64,000 nucleotides of DNA from Eledone cirrhosa (GCA_964016885.1 OZ024748.1:6696001-6760000); one strand, 5' to 3'; positions 15,251 through 29,924 are shown, counted from the first letter of the stretch. Translations and numbers: made by a program. The notes: generated by a model from the letters alone, not told the origin.

Positions 15251-15440
15251 TGTTTCTACTTTTGGCACAAGGCCAGCAATTACCCAGTAGATTACTGGAT
15301 AGTTATTTTATCGACCCCCATAAGGATGAAAGGCAAAGTTAACCTCGGCGGGATTTGAACTCAGAATGGCAAGGGCCGTAACTCTATACGTCAAAGTATG
15401 GTGTCCGACCCTCTACCGATACTGCCAATTCACTGCCCTT
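15251..15440 (-). mobile_element. Deu/Nin-domain SINE with 15-bp TSD
   Basis: TSD AGTTTTAAATATAAT at 15236-15250 and 15442-15456. Confidence 0.9.
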
Positions 15441-15654
15441 GAGTTTTAAATATAATATTCCAATATGTGCTGTATACTAACATAAATATTTATTATCTAA
15501 ATACTTTCTCAGGGTATGTAGTCCTACATTGTCCGTTTCCAACTTATTTTATCTTTATTTAAAGTGGTGTTCTACGATTTAATGTAAATTTGACTGCTAT
15601 TTCTCGCAGGTCAATCGTTTTCATACATAGATGATTCCCTTGATAAGGGAGCGT

Positions 15655-15708
<54 letters not shown>

Positions 15709-15734
15709 CAGCAGTAGTACTAGTAGTAGTAGTG

Positions 15735-15777
<43 letters not shown>

Positions 15778-15922
15778 CAGCAGCAGCAGCAGCAAAAGTT
15801 GAGAGGATGAGAGTTGTCACCAGTAGTTTCAGTGAGGTGACTACGACATTAGTCTAGACAACAGTAACATCAGTCAGACGGAGAGAAGCAATCATAGTAG
15901 TAGTAGTAGTAGTAGTAGCAGC

Positions 15923-15966
<44 letters not shown>

Positions 15967-16001
15967 CAGTAATGGTGGTGTTGGTGGTGGTGGTAATATT
16001 T

Positions 16002-16060
<59 letters not shown>

Positions 16061-16070
16061 GGTAATATTT

Positions 16071-16119
<49 letters not shown>

Positions 16120-16178
16120 CAGTAGTAGTAGTAGTAGTAGTAGCAGTAGTGGTGGTGTTGGTGGTGGTGGTAATATTT

Positions 16179-16218
<40 letters not shown>

Positions 16219-16253
16219 CAGTAGTGGTGGTGTTGGTGGTGGTGGTAATATTT

Positions 16254-16292
<39 letters not shown>

Positions 16293-16313
16293 TTGGTGGT
16301 GGTGGTAATATTT

Positions 16314-16350
<37 letters not shown>

Positions 16351-16570
16351 CAGTAGTAGTAGTAGTAGTAGTAGCAGTAGTGGTGGTGTTGGTGGTGGTG
16401 GTAATATTTGTAGTAGTAGTAGTAGTAGTAGTAGCAGCAGTAGCAGTAGTAGTAGTAGTAGCAGTAGTAGTAGTAGTAGTAGCAGCAGTAGCAGTAGTAG
16501 TAGTAGCAGTAGCAGTAGTAGTAGTAGTAGTAGTAGCAGTAGTAGTAGTAGTAGTAGTAGTAGCAGTAGC

Positions 16571-16647
<77 letters not shown>

Positions 16648-16693
16648 CAGTAGTAGTAGTAGCAGCAGCAGCAGTAGCAGCAGCAGCAGTAGT

Positions 16694-16725
<32 letters not shown>

Positions 16726-16744
16726 CAGTAGCAGCAGTAGCAGC

Positions 16745-16780
<36 letters not shown>
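15655..16780. repeat. Compound (GTA/GCA/GTG)n trinucleotide array
   Basis: Seen directly; accounts for the poly-Val and poly-Thr pseudo-ORFs. Confidence 0.95.
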
Positions 16781-16781
<1 letters not shown>

Positions 16782-17304
16782 AAATCCCCTATAAGTAGCT
16801 GGTTTCAGAGAAGATGTTTACACTGCAGTCTTTCAATGTATCACTGATAATTCCAGTCAACAGAAATAGCAGCAGTGTTGGATGTAAAACACTATACTAC
16901 CTGTATGGTCATTTGATATGCTAGAAATAGCAGTAAATATATATTTCTGAGTCAGTTTCTCCCAGGAGAGTATAGAATAGTTCTTGGAAATCACATAGTA
17001 TTTTACTTGGATATATCATCTTCAAGGTACATGCCTGTATATATAAACATATATACTTACATAAATATGTACCCCACCCCCTCTTATATATATATATATA
17101 TATATATATATTACTCTTTTACTCTTTTATCTGTTCCAGCCATCCGGCTGAGACCATGATGGAGCACGCCCAATATATATGTATGTATATAAAATAAACA
17201 TAGATACTTACATTTATATAACTATAAATACATATACATACAACATAACCGCATACACACACACACAGAGACACACACACTTATATACATACATATATAT
17301 ATAT

Positions 17305-17353
<49 letters not shown>

Positions 17354-17360
17354 CATATAT

Positions 17361-17408
<48 letters not shown>

Positions 17409-17409
17409 G

Positions 17410-17945
<536 letters not shown>

Positions 17946-18779
17946 GTAATTTTAAAGAATGACCAGAAGAGACCCCTGTCTCATCGCAGAGCTTGTTTTA
18001 GAGGAAATAATGTGACAAAAGGAACAATAGGGGTCAAACATTTCTGACAAAACCCCTCGTCAAATGACGTTAAGGTACCTCTCATAGTTTCTCCTCTTAC
18101 AGTATTCACTTGGAAATAGTTGCGTAGACAACAACAACAACGACAGCAAATATAATTTTAAAGAAAACACCAGATAAAACAACAGGATGTGATGTTCCTT
18201 TGAATATCTTTAACCCTTTAGCCTTTTAACTGGCTGTATCCGGTCAAAATTCTCTCACATCTTTTTTGTGAAAACCGGCCGTAACTAGCCCATCATACTG
18301 ATGTTATGGTATTATTCTGAAAATAAATAACATCAAAATCTCACAGATTCTATATTACGTGAGATAATTATGAGAGATAGAGCGATTACCACGAAAATAC
18401 TATAATATATATAGGGTTATGTAAATGCTAAATGATTAAACATGCCTTATTATCCAGTGTTTACCTGGTGTTTGAACCACTACAATATATAACTAGACAA
18501 AACACAACAACAGCATTAACAACAGCAGCACTAGGTAGACGTAGATAGCAGAAAAATCAGCAGTTGTAAGATGGCAGCAGCAAGTTCCAAATTATTGATT
18601 TTTTTGCGGGAGCGATATTAAGACCATTATTATTATTATTGTTTTGTAGAGCGATAAAGAACTGGGGTGGGGGTGGGGTATATAATCGATACAATAAATA
18701 ACAATGTATTGCTATTTTTTTATCGCTTAGTCAGGAAGAAAGACAGTGGTCATGACTCTTTTAAAGAACCCCGAAACCC

Positions 18780-19130
18780 TGAAATAGATATCCTAGAATT
18801 GAAGATCCTGCTTACATGGAATGCCCTCGTCCCTCAAATGGACCGACGGTGGTGTTAAACCGAGCCCCCGGTTATGTATTATTAATAAAATATGCGAATC
18901 AGTCTCCAAACTCGTATCCAAAGTCGTATCATTCCCAAGATAGGGATAAGTTCTTGCAATATTTTTCCATCCAGTATTGATGTGAGTAGCCAGTCTGATC
19001 CCACGTAAAGATCTTAGGTTCCTCAAGTACCACAAATCCACACGAGGGATTGTTTACCTTGATAAGTATATTAGACGGCTGGTTGTTACAACAAATAAAT
19101 ACGACTAAATATTTAGTAGTAGACATAATT
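18780..19130 (-). mobile_element. Decayed RLE-type (R2/R4-like) non-LTR remnant
   Basis: Minus translation GFVVLEEPKI resembles the G(W/F)xVxxEP motif preceding the PD..D restriction-like endonuclease; otherwise broken. Confidence 0.35.
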
Positions 19131-19187
19131 CCTCACATAGTTTATTTAATGACATAACTTTGTCCTTGAGAGCTTGCTACAAATAAT

Positions 19188-19406
19188 TGCTTCTACATTT
19201 GGCACAAGGCCAGCAATTTAAAGGGAAGGGGAAAGTCGACAAAATCGACCCCAGTGCGACAGAGGTACTTTATTTTATCGACTCCGTAAGGTTGAAAGGC
19301 AACGCTAACCTCAGCGGGCTTTGAACTCAGAATGTAAAGGGACCTAACTAAATACTGCTGAGCATTTTGTCCGACGCTCTACTTATTCTGCCAACCCACC
19401 TCCCTT
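19188..19406 (-). mobile_element. Deu/Nin-domain SINE, long form, with 15-bp TSD
   Basis: TSD CTTGCTACAAATAAT at 19173-19187 and 19408-19422. Confidence 0.9.
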
Positions 19407-21024
19407 ACTTGCTACAAATAATACATAATTGTTTTCTATAATCCATATATTTTAAAATAATTGATATATTTCCCCCTTTGTAAATATCACGTCTGACACC
19501 GCTTATAACCGGTGCTGACCTCCACTCTGTAGCAGACAGACAGACTCATGAAACACTTGAGAAAATATCAAAGTGAACAGCTGTTAATAAAGATTTATTA
19601 GAATATTTGAAGAAGTTTTGGCATTTGAAACATAATCCAACACACACTTGAATCATGAAAATATTGCAAATACTTTAAGTACTAAACTAAACCACATTAC
19701 ACTCCACTCCTCCAAATATTGGAACCCACTTCAAGTATTAAACCAAACTACACTCCACTCACCAAGATATAGCTAACACTTCACCAACAGTCCACCCAAC
19801 CAAATATACCAAACACAGTATTAATCTAAACGACACTACCATCCGCTCCTCCAAATATTGCAACCACTTCAAGTATTAAACTAAATATTACTAGACTGTT
19901 TTCGTTTTTTTTTAATTCTCTCTCCCTCTCACTCAATCTCTTTTCTCTTAAAATAAATTGGCTACACTTCATAGAGAGAAATATAGTTGAGAAGCACTCA
20001 GAGAGTCGCTTGCTTTTAAGAAATCTAACGTGATTGAGGGAGGTGCTAGACAATTCTGTTCATGTAGCATGCAACACGTACAGTTCAAATAAACCATTGG
20101 TAGCAGGCATGAACATACTGATAGGCTCTACAGCATGAAAACGTTACCCAACCTCTACAAAAACAAAACTTAATTATAGCGATTCTTATAATAACCATCA
20201 TAAGCAGCGAATTGGCAAAGTTGTTAGAACGTTGGATAAAATATTTTGCGGTATTTGTTGTGATTCTGCGCTCTGAGACCAAATCCCGCCAAGTTCAATT
20301 TTGTCTTTCATCCATTCGAGGTCGATAAAAAATACCACTCCACTACTGGGGCGATGCTTCATCTATATCCCTTTCCCACTTTCTCTTTATCACTCCCTGT
20401 ACTTCTCTGGAAGAAATTGGCTGTGTTCAGCTCCTTAGCGAAGATAGGCTCCGCTAGGGTTTAGAAACGCTTAAGAATTGCCGTATGTCACTGCGGTGTC
20501 CTTAAAACTTCACCAAGAGATACAGGTATATATTTAGATACACTAAAGCCATCGTCAGTTGAGGGCAGCAGATTGCTTGAGTCGTTAGAACTGCCGAGCT
20601 TAACTTTTCATTTCATTATTTCGGCTCAATAAAATAAAAAGCCAGTCAAGTACTAGCGTCGATTTAATCTACTTTCCCCGCTCTCAAATTTACTGACATA
20701 GAAACCATTATTACCAACATCTGCATGAGCCAAAGCCTCACCATATTGTCATAAGAACAAAGATAATGACTACAGTCATAGCAATTGTTGTTGAGCCACA
20801 GTTCTAACTTGATCAAGCATATCTTAATAAAAGATCTTTCAGCCGTGATGACCCTCGTATTATCATTTGGCGTAGTGTGTCTAAAACCAATTTAATTAAT
20901 GTGTCCTTATTATTTCAAATATGATTTCGGGGCAAGAAATATGCCTAGAATTTCTCGCAAGTCGGGAGACCACTTAGGAAGTTTCTTGAGTATGATGAGA
21001 ATGATGATGATGATGATGATGATG

Positions 21025-21058
<34 letters not shown>

Positions 21059-21802
21059 TATTAAGAGTAGTAGGAGGTTGAGGAAGAAGAAGAATGGGTT
21101 GAGAAATTTAGGGAAGGATTGTCAGATGATAAGGATTTGGAAGATAAATAATGTTGATGATGATGATGATGGTAATGTTAATGAGAATGAAGGTGACATG
21201 ATTATGGTCATTATGATTATGATGATGATAATGAAATGAGGATGGTGACGATGATGTTGATGGCGGTGGTAGTAGTGGTGTTGATGGTGGTGGTGGTGGC
21301 AGTGGTTTTTGTGTGGGGCGGGGATGGTGTTGCCGATGGTATTACAACGGACATCAATCTACATCATTTAAACAGTGACCTAAAAAATTATCGATCTTTC
21401 GAATTGTTAGTGACACGTTCCTTGAAATACCATTTGTTAACTTACTCAACGGCACCACTATTTCCAGAAATAGCCCCCCCCCCCCCCCCCGCACACACAG
21501 AGACTAAAAATATGTTGGTGGTGTATTATATTTATTTGTGAGAGAGAGATGGGTTGACAGTATAGGTCGAGGGTCAGACATGCTCGCAGCATAGAGTCAT
21601 GACCCTTTATGTTCTAAGTTCAAATCCCACCAAGTCTAAGGTTTGACTTTCAGCCTTAGTGGGTCAATAACATAAAGTACCAGTTAAGCAAAGGGCTCGA
21701 TTTATTCGAGTCACTCCTCCCCCCACAAACACATACAAAAAAAATTGTATATAACATATTTATGTATTGTTTTCGGACGGAATAATATCATTAGACTGCA
21801 AG

Positions 21803-21989
21803 GGCGGTGAATTGGCAGTATCGGTAGAGGGTTGGGCGCCATGCTTTCTAGCATAGTTATGCCCCTTTACGGTCCGAGTTCAAATCCCGCCGAGGTTAAC
21901 TTTGCCTTTCATCCTTACGAGGTCGATAAAATAAAGTACCAGTAATGCACTGGGTAATTGCTGGCCTTGTGCCATAAGTATAAACAATT
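21803..21989 (+). mobile_element. Deu/Nin-domain SINE with 13-bp TSD
   Basis: TSD ATTAGACTGCAAG at 21790-21802 and 21990-22002; older partial copies at about 20203-20353, 20562-20712 and 21548-21725. Confidence 0.92.
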
Positions 21990-22949
21990 ATTAGACTGCA
22001 AGTGAGAGGAGTCACAGTTTCAACTTCCAATTGAATAAGATATTGATGTTGTGTAGAATATATGTATTGTAGTTCTCTGAGATATGGGAATAAACACAAA
22101 TGCAGAGATGCTAGAGGTTCGCCCTGACATTGATATAAAAGACTAAAGTTTAAAACATACACAGTGAAATACATAAGGTTTATATAACAGATACAAATTA
22201 TATAGCTTCGTGACAACGATAGTGAGATTAGTACTGGTGATGTTGATTACATTACTGGAAACATATTTGTTGATTAACGTATCCCTCTTGGACTTTCTTC
22301 ATGTCTAATTACATCATATAGTGTTAAACAATGTTGATATTTATTTTGTATATTTTTTTACTTGCATCGCAAATAGATTATGTATACAGTGCATATGAGA
22401 GTTGTCAAATATGTAAAGCTTAAATAGAGCAGAGAGTGAATTATAGAATAAGAATATTACATGCTGTTCTGTGAGTTATATACACAAAAGCGAGAAAAGT
22501 AGGCCCAGAGATACAAGCTAACGGAACTGACATTGTCATAAGAGATTAATGCGTAAAATGATCACAGTTATACGCAGGAGTTTTATACAACCAATGAAAC
22601 TATAATTCATTTGACATATATAAAAATATAATTCATGAAATAAACTGCAAACATATTAAATATAAAAAATAATAAGTATATATATAATAAGTTAAACACG
22701 TGAACTCTTAACATGAGGTCTTGGAAAACTTTCAGAAAAAAATATATTTCAACATTGAAGAATGAAAGCAGCCTTTATAAATGTAACTTTCAAAAGACTT
22801 CTTTTGAAGAAGAGAAGGAAATTTAACGAAATATGTTTATATTAGCTCAGAATACATTTAAACTCATATCATTTGTCATCAGGTTAGATAATAAATTTGC
22901 TAGTATAAGCTTGACCTAATAATGAAATAATGATGCTAACAACAATAAT

Positions 22950-23005
22950 TGTTTCTACTTTAGGCACAAGGCCAGCAATTACCCAGTGCATTACTGGTAC
23001 TTTAT
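22950..23005 (-). mobile_element. 5'-truncated SINE with 19-bp TSD
   Basis: TSD TGATGCTAACAACAATAAT at 22931-22949 and 23006-23024. Confidence 0.88.
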
Positions 23006-23147
23006 TGATGCTAACAACAATAATAATAGGCAGTAATGTATTATGTATATGAACGTCTGTATCTATCGTTTGTGATCATGTCTCTATTTTTGTACACCTG
23101 AAGAAGGGCTAAAGCCAAACACGTCGAACTTTTCCATATAAAACATG

Positions 23148-23197
<50 letters not shown>

Positions 23198-23493
23198 CAT
23201 ACACTACCCATACATCTACCTGTTCTTTCCTGATGAAGGACTTATCTTCAAATCCTTCCACTTCATACAGGTATGAACCTAATACACCAACTGCGTATTT
23301 TGTTTTGATTGAATCGGGAAGAGGGCAGACATATATTATTTATGTTCCTGCTCGAAAAAAAGGCGCTACTCAAGGTTTCTAGGCACACATTTGACCAAAC
23401 ACTCAGACAGCATTCGATTATATCAAGATATATATAAAACTACAAAACCCGGCGCATCTAACGCCATATTTTAAAAGACTATATATATATATG

Positions 23494-23569
<76 letters not shown>

Positions 23570-23587
23570 ACAATATATATATATTAT

Positions 23588-24196
23588 GTCAGGTCACCAG
23601 TTGGTGCTACTGGTAACATGTATCCCAGTACAACCTGTCTCATGGTCGGGTCGTTGGCGACTAAACTGGCAACCCCACCAAGGTTTCTTGGTGAGGAGGG
23701 GGACTTTGGACATCCTGCAGGACTAAAAACAAAACCTGTCAAAGGGCAAAGGAGCTCTTAAGAGTCAATGGCCATCCAAAATCACCGGGAGAGATGACCC
23801 CTTAGCCTTTGTCAAGGCAGAATTCTAGGAAAAGGAAAACTCTGATATAACACCTGCAACTCTGATGGTATCCAATGATGTTGACTTGTTCTTCTTTTTG
23901 GTAAATATCATCTTGGTTAAGAGAGTGGGACTGGCTTTGTGCAGTGCCTTTGCTCACTATAAAAGCTTCAAAGCACAGGCTTTGCTTTATATCTGGAGAT
24001 CTCTCTGCACTTGTCGTCACATGGTACCATGGGCCCAGCACTATGTGTCAATAATTGTCATAAGTGTAGTGTTTGTACCAGAGTTTTCAAGTCGCTGGCT
24101 GAACTAAAAAGTCACACTCGTTCAGCGCATCGGTAGGGGTTCTCCTACATGGATATAAAGTAGTGGCCGTACTCGAAATGGAGTTGGCAGCTACCA
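23588..24196 (+). mobile_element. Internally deleted RTE-type element (5' UTR joined to 3' end)
   Basis: RTE 5'UTR-like motifs (CTGGCAACCCCACC, GGAAAAGGAAAACTCTGA); 3' part encodes [30 protein letters not shown] (terminal C2H2 finger); ends in (TA)n. Confidence 0.6.
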
Positions 24197-24255
24197 TATA
24201 TATATATATATATATACATATACACGCACACACATGTATATACACACACACATAC

Positions 24256-24313
<58 letters not shown>

Positions 24314-24314
24314 C

Positions 24315-24406
<92 letters not shown>

Positions 24407-24888
24407 TACATATATATATACATATATACATATATAATTGTGTGTTTTCATTTGTATATGTGTTCATGCATGTGAATATGAGTACAGCTCATGAAGAGAA
24501 GGGAGATAATCATTAGCTGAAATGATAAACCAAATATAGAACCATCATAAACAGGCACACTTCAAACATCTATGAATGAAACAGTAAAAGCTCGATTCGA
24601 TTTTTTTCTCATTATTATTTATCTGGCATTGATTTTGAGTTTGTTTGTAGTTCTATAGGAGTTATTCCATTCTCTCTCGTTGCTTCTTTATATTACTTAT
24701 GGGTGTGGCTCGTTTAAATACTAGTTAGTTATAACATCTGCTGTCTTCTAGTTTTTGATGTAAATTAGATAAAGTACATAAATATAAATCTATATAAATA
24801 GCATACTAAAGAAGGTTATAATACTTTTTGTGAGTCGCACTCTCTCTATACATATATATATATAGATAGATATATATATTTATATATA

Positions 24889-24941
<53 letters not shown>

Positions 24942-25066
24942 GTTATTCCGGGTTGAATCGGAGGTAACCACAGTAAGTAAGGTACTCAATACATAGCAGA
25001 GTATAACAGTTTTAATATAGATGAGATTCTACAGGACGAGAACTGTTTCATTCATTAGAAATCATC
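24942..25066 (-). mobile_element. Penelope-like terminal fragment, family B (HHR-bearing)
   Basis: Minus strand GATGA-tTTC-taat-GAAt-GAAA-CAG-ttctcgtc-CTG-TA^GAATC; related copies at 11290-11421, 26508-26613, 27433-27599, 57450-57594 and 61882-61977. Confidence 0.7.
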
Positions 25067-25082
25067 GATTTCATCTCTTTTT

Positions 25083-25130
<48 letters not shown>

Positions 25131-25206
25131 TATAAAGAAAAAGAGATGAAATCGAAAATGCAACTGGAGTCTTATGTTTTTTAAAAATATATATATTTAT
25201 TTGGTT

Positions 25207-25244
25207 CCTCTACCGGTTTCGCAGTTCTTCTGCTTTTCAAAAGG
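25207..25244 (-). ncRNA. Minimal type-I hammerhead ribozyme, U3-A8 core (family F)
   Basis: CCTT-TTGAAAA-GCAG-aagaa-CTGC-GAAA-CCGG-TA^GAGG; palindromic stem III. Confidence 0.75.
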
Positions 25245-25359
25245 TGAGTTGAGATGGAGGGTCTGTGGTTTTTCTCACATCTGATGTAGGACACCTCGGT
25301 TATTTTTCATTTTGTAAAAAAAACCTCACTTTCTAATATATTTATATAGATAGATATGC

Positions 25360-25531
<172 letters not shown>

Positions 25532-25542
25532 GTATATATATA

Positions 25543-25631
<89 letters not shown>

Positions 25632-25634
<3 letters not shown>

Positions 25635-25778
25635 AAGGCGCATGGCCTAGTGGTTAGAGCATTGGGCTTGCAATGGAAAAGTTGTGAGTTCAAATCCTCG
25701 GACCGGGTGATGTGTTGTTTCCTTGAGCAAGACACTTTATTTCACGTTACTCCAGTTTGCTCAGCTGTAGAAATGAGA
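25632..25778 (+). mobile_element. Second tRNA-derived SINE family
   Basis: A box TGGCCTAGTGG, B box GTTCAAATCC, CCTTGAGCAAGACACTTTATTTCAC..CAGCTGTAGAAATGAG. Confidence 0.75.
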
Positions 25779-26013
25779 TGAAGAGATGCCGGCCTGCCCG
25801 CCCAGCCAGTGGGATGGCGTTATCTTATGGATAAAACAGCACGATGTGCTGTGACCACCGGCGCCGCCCGACAGACTGGTAGTCAAGGTGATATATATAT
25901 ATATATATATATAAATATGCATATATATATATGTGTATATATATCTATATATATATATATATATATGCATATATATATATATATATATATGCATGTGTGT
26001 GTGTGTATATAAG

Positions 26014-26046
<33 letters not shown>

Positions 26047-26048
26047 AC

Positions 26049-26079
<31 letters not shown>

Positions 26080-26406
26080 CATATATACATACATACATAG
26101 ATACATACATACATATGTATTGTTTTGCATGCAGGTAGAGTGTGATTGGTCAATTATACATGAAAGACCTTCTATTCAACTTCCCCATTAGCAACTGCCC
26201 TTATTCGTCATCTAAAACATCACATTTATATTAAGACTCCCTGCTACACTTTACTGAACCTTGCCAACATTTCTTTGAAGATTTCATACAAAAGGAGTGA
26301 AATCAATTATCCTTTGGATAACAACAGATTATTTATCGATTACTATAAATTTGTGGAGGTGATTTACCACATTTATATGGGAGTAATCATGCATACCTGG
26401 GGAAGT

Positions 26407-26508
<102 letters not shown>

Positions 26509-26662
26509 AAATATATTATAGAAATGGCTTCTACAGGAGTAGAAGTTTTTCATTCGAAGCAAACCGTCAGGAAATCCTTTCCTGATGAGCCAGGAACTTT
26601 TCAGCAATCGGTTGTATATATATATATATTATATATATATATATATTCATATTACATATATG

Positions 26663-26694
<32 letters not shown>

Positions 26695-27350
26695 TGTAAT
26701 ATATATATATATATATTTGTATGTGTAAGCGATCTTTCAGACATTTTTATGACAGGTAGGTAGATAGATTGATTAATTCGACCGTGTGTTTGAAGATTCT
26801 GTGTGTACACAGGTGAAACTCCAGATTAACATGACATATCATTATGTGTGTCCATCTGAGTGTTAAATATCTACCTTAATTGTCATTTCATTAAAGAGTG
26901 ATGAGCATATAATTATATTTAGATAAATATGGAAAATACACAGAAACACACATATATACACACATAGATAAACACCTACATAGACACACACATATAGACA
27001 CAGAGATAAACACGTACATAGACACATACACACACACACACACACCCATAGGTAGACAGACAAACAAGTACACACCAAACATCACACACCATAAAATCAC
27101 ACTACACATAAACACATACACACAAACACACACACATACAAACACACATGTACATTGACGCACACATTAAAACAACAAACATCGAATCACTTCTTCTATA
27201 AAAAGAATAAAGATAAATAAATGAGGTAACCACGTTATCGATTATTTCATAATAAATCATTGATCTTCTCTATTATCCTTGAGTCAACATATGGCACCTT
27301 GTCTGTACTTTGTGACCCTGCTGTCACATCACAGTTTATCGTCTTGATGT

Positions 27351-27436
<86 letters not shown>

Positions 27437-27601
27437 GGGTTCAATCCGGGGTAACCACAGTAAGTAAGGTACTCAATATGCAGAGTATAAAGATTTGTTA
27501 TAGCAATGTTTTCTACAGGACTAGAACTGTTTCATTCGAAGGAAATCTTTTACTGAATACCTTACTTAATGTGGCTACCCCCGTTTGAACCCGGGATACA
27601 G

Positions 27602-27849
<248 letters not shown>

Positions 27850-27865
27850 TAGGTCTGGTCATAAT

Positions 27866-28051
27866 TGTTTCTACTTTTGGCACAAGGCCAGCAATTACCC
27901 AGTGCATTACTGGTACTTTATTTTATCGACCCCGTAAGGATGAAAGGCAAAGTTAACCTCGACGGGATTTGAACTCAGACCGTAAAGGGACGTAACTATG
28001 GTGGAAAGCATGGCGTCCGACCCTCTACCGATACTGCCAATCCACCGCCCT
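27866..28051 (-). mobile_element. Deu/Nin-domain SINE with 14-bp TSD
   Basis: TSD GGTCTGGTCATAAT at 27852-27865 and 28053-28066. Confidence 0.92.
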
Positions 28052-28052
28052 T

Positions 28053-28260
28053 GGTCTGGTCATAATACAATAAAAAAACCACTGTCACTGTCTCCATTTC
28101 TCCCGCTCTCCCCAACTTTCACTGTTATAAGCCCACGCTGACAGGGCCCACCCTCTGGTCATCCAGCGGCCCCGGTGGAAAGAATACAAAAGGCATTTTG
28201 CCGGAGGATGGTGAGGGAGACGTGTTGGAAGAACTGTTCCAGCTCGCGATGCTCACCTGC
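28053..28260 (-). mobile_element. 3' end of a CRE-like non-LTR retrotransposon
   Basis: Minus translation EHRELEQFFQHVSLTILRQNAFCILSTGAAG* resembles the CRE C-terminal 'FQRLSxxIxRGNAxxIL' motif; tail similar to 14761-14820. Confidence 0.55.
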
Positions 28261-28261
28261 G

Positions 28262-29580
28262 GAGACATAAGCTGAAATGTAATAGAAATATATAGACCAT
28301 AGGCTCTGTCTTACTGGAAATATGTAGACAATAGGCTCTGTTTTAGTGGAAATATATAGACAATAGGCTCTGTCTTAGTGGAAATATATAGTAAGAGACA
28401 TAAGCTGAAATGTAATGGACATATATAAACCAAAGTGTTAGTGGAAATATATAGACCAAAGGCTGTGTGTGTTAGTTGAAATATATAGACCACAGGGCGT
28501 GTGTGTTAGTTGAAATATATAGACCAAAGTGTATGTTAGTGGAAATATATAGACCAAAGGGTGTGTTAGTGGAAATATATAGACCAAAGGGTGTGTTAGT
28601 GGAAATATATAGACCAAATGGTGTGTTAGTGGAAATATATAGACCAAAGGGTGTGTTAGTGGAAATGTATAGACCAAAGGGTATGTTAGTGGAAATATAT
28701 AGACCAAAGGGTGTGTTAGTGGAAATATATAGACCAAAGGGTGTGTTAGTGGAAATATATAGACCAAAGGGTGTGTTAGTGGAAATATATAGACCAAAGG
28801 GTGTGTTAGTGGAAATGTATAGACCAAAGGGTATGTTAGTGGAAATATATAGACCAAAGGGTGTGTTAGTGGAAATATATACACCAAAGGGTGTGTTAGT
28901 GGAAATATATACACCAAAGGGTATGTTAGTGGAAATATATAGACCAAATGGTGTGTTAGTGGAAATATATAGACCAAAGGGTGCGTTAGTGGAAATATAT
29001 TGACCAAAGGGTGTGTTAGTGGAAATATATAGACCAAAGGCTGTGTGTGTTAGTTGAAATATATAGACCACAGGGTGTGTGTGTTAGTGGAAATATATAG
29101 GCCAAAGGGTATGTTAGTGGAAATATATAGACCAAAGGGTATGTTAGTGGAAATATATAGACCAAAGGGTATGTTAGTGGAAATATATAGACCAAAGGGT
29201 GTGTTAGTGGAAATATATAGACCAAAGGGTGTGTTAGTGGAAATATATAGACCAAAGGGTGTGTTAGTGGAAATATATAGACCAAAGACTGTGTTAGTGG
29301 AAATATATAGACCAAAGGCTGTTTTAGTGGAAATATATATACCAAAGTATCTGTGTTAGTGGAAATATATAGACCAAAGTCTGTGTTAGTGGAAATATAT
29401 AGACCAAATGCTGTGTTAGTGGAAATATATAGACCAAAGGGTATGTTAGTGGAAATATATAGACTAAAGGGTGTGTTAGTGGAAATATATAGACCAAAGT
29501 ATCTGTGTTAGTGGAAATATATAGACCAAAGGCTGTGTTAGTGGAAATATATAGACCAAAGGCTGTGTTAGTGGAAATAT
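28262..29580. repeat. 30-bp minisatellite (GTGTGTTAGTGGAAATATATAGACCAAAGG)n, about 43 units
   Basis: Seen directly; accounts for the LVYIFPLTHP and VLVEIYRPKG repeat ORFs. Confidence 0.97.
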
Positions 29581-29763
29581 AAAGTAAGATAGACAGTTAC
29601 AAGCGGAGTGGTAGTGAATATAGGTAATGAAGAATTACAGAGTCAAGAAAGTAGAAAATTCACAAGAAAGAGAATGAGTAAATTGATGTTGACAGATTTA
29701 ATCCCGTTTGTTGTGTTGGATATGTGGAGAGTGATACTACTGATGTATATATATAAGTATATA

Positions 29764-29811
<48 letters not shown>

Positions 29812-29858
29812 TGAGAGACGAAAGTAGTTTCATTTATTGAGCCAGACTGGTTTGTATG

Positions 29859-29924
<66 letters not shown>

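Noticed and set aside
15972-16847. 291-aa poly-Val ORF (and the many YIYI, CVCV and LSLS ORFs)
   Set aside because: Translation of microsatellites; no domain signal or splice context
28262-29580. 30-bp array as a CRISPR array or repeat protein gene
   Set aside because: Head-to-tail units with no unique spacers; ORFs arise on both strands from the unit length
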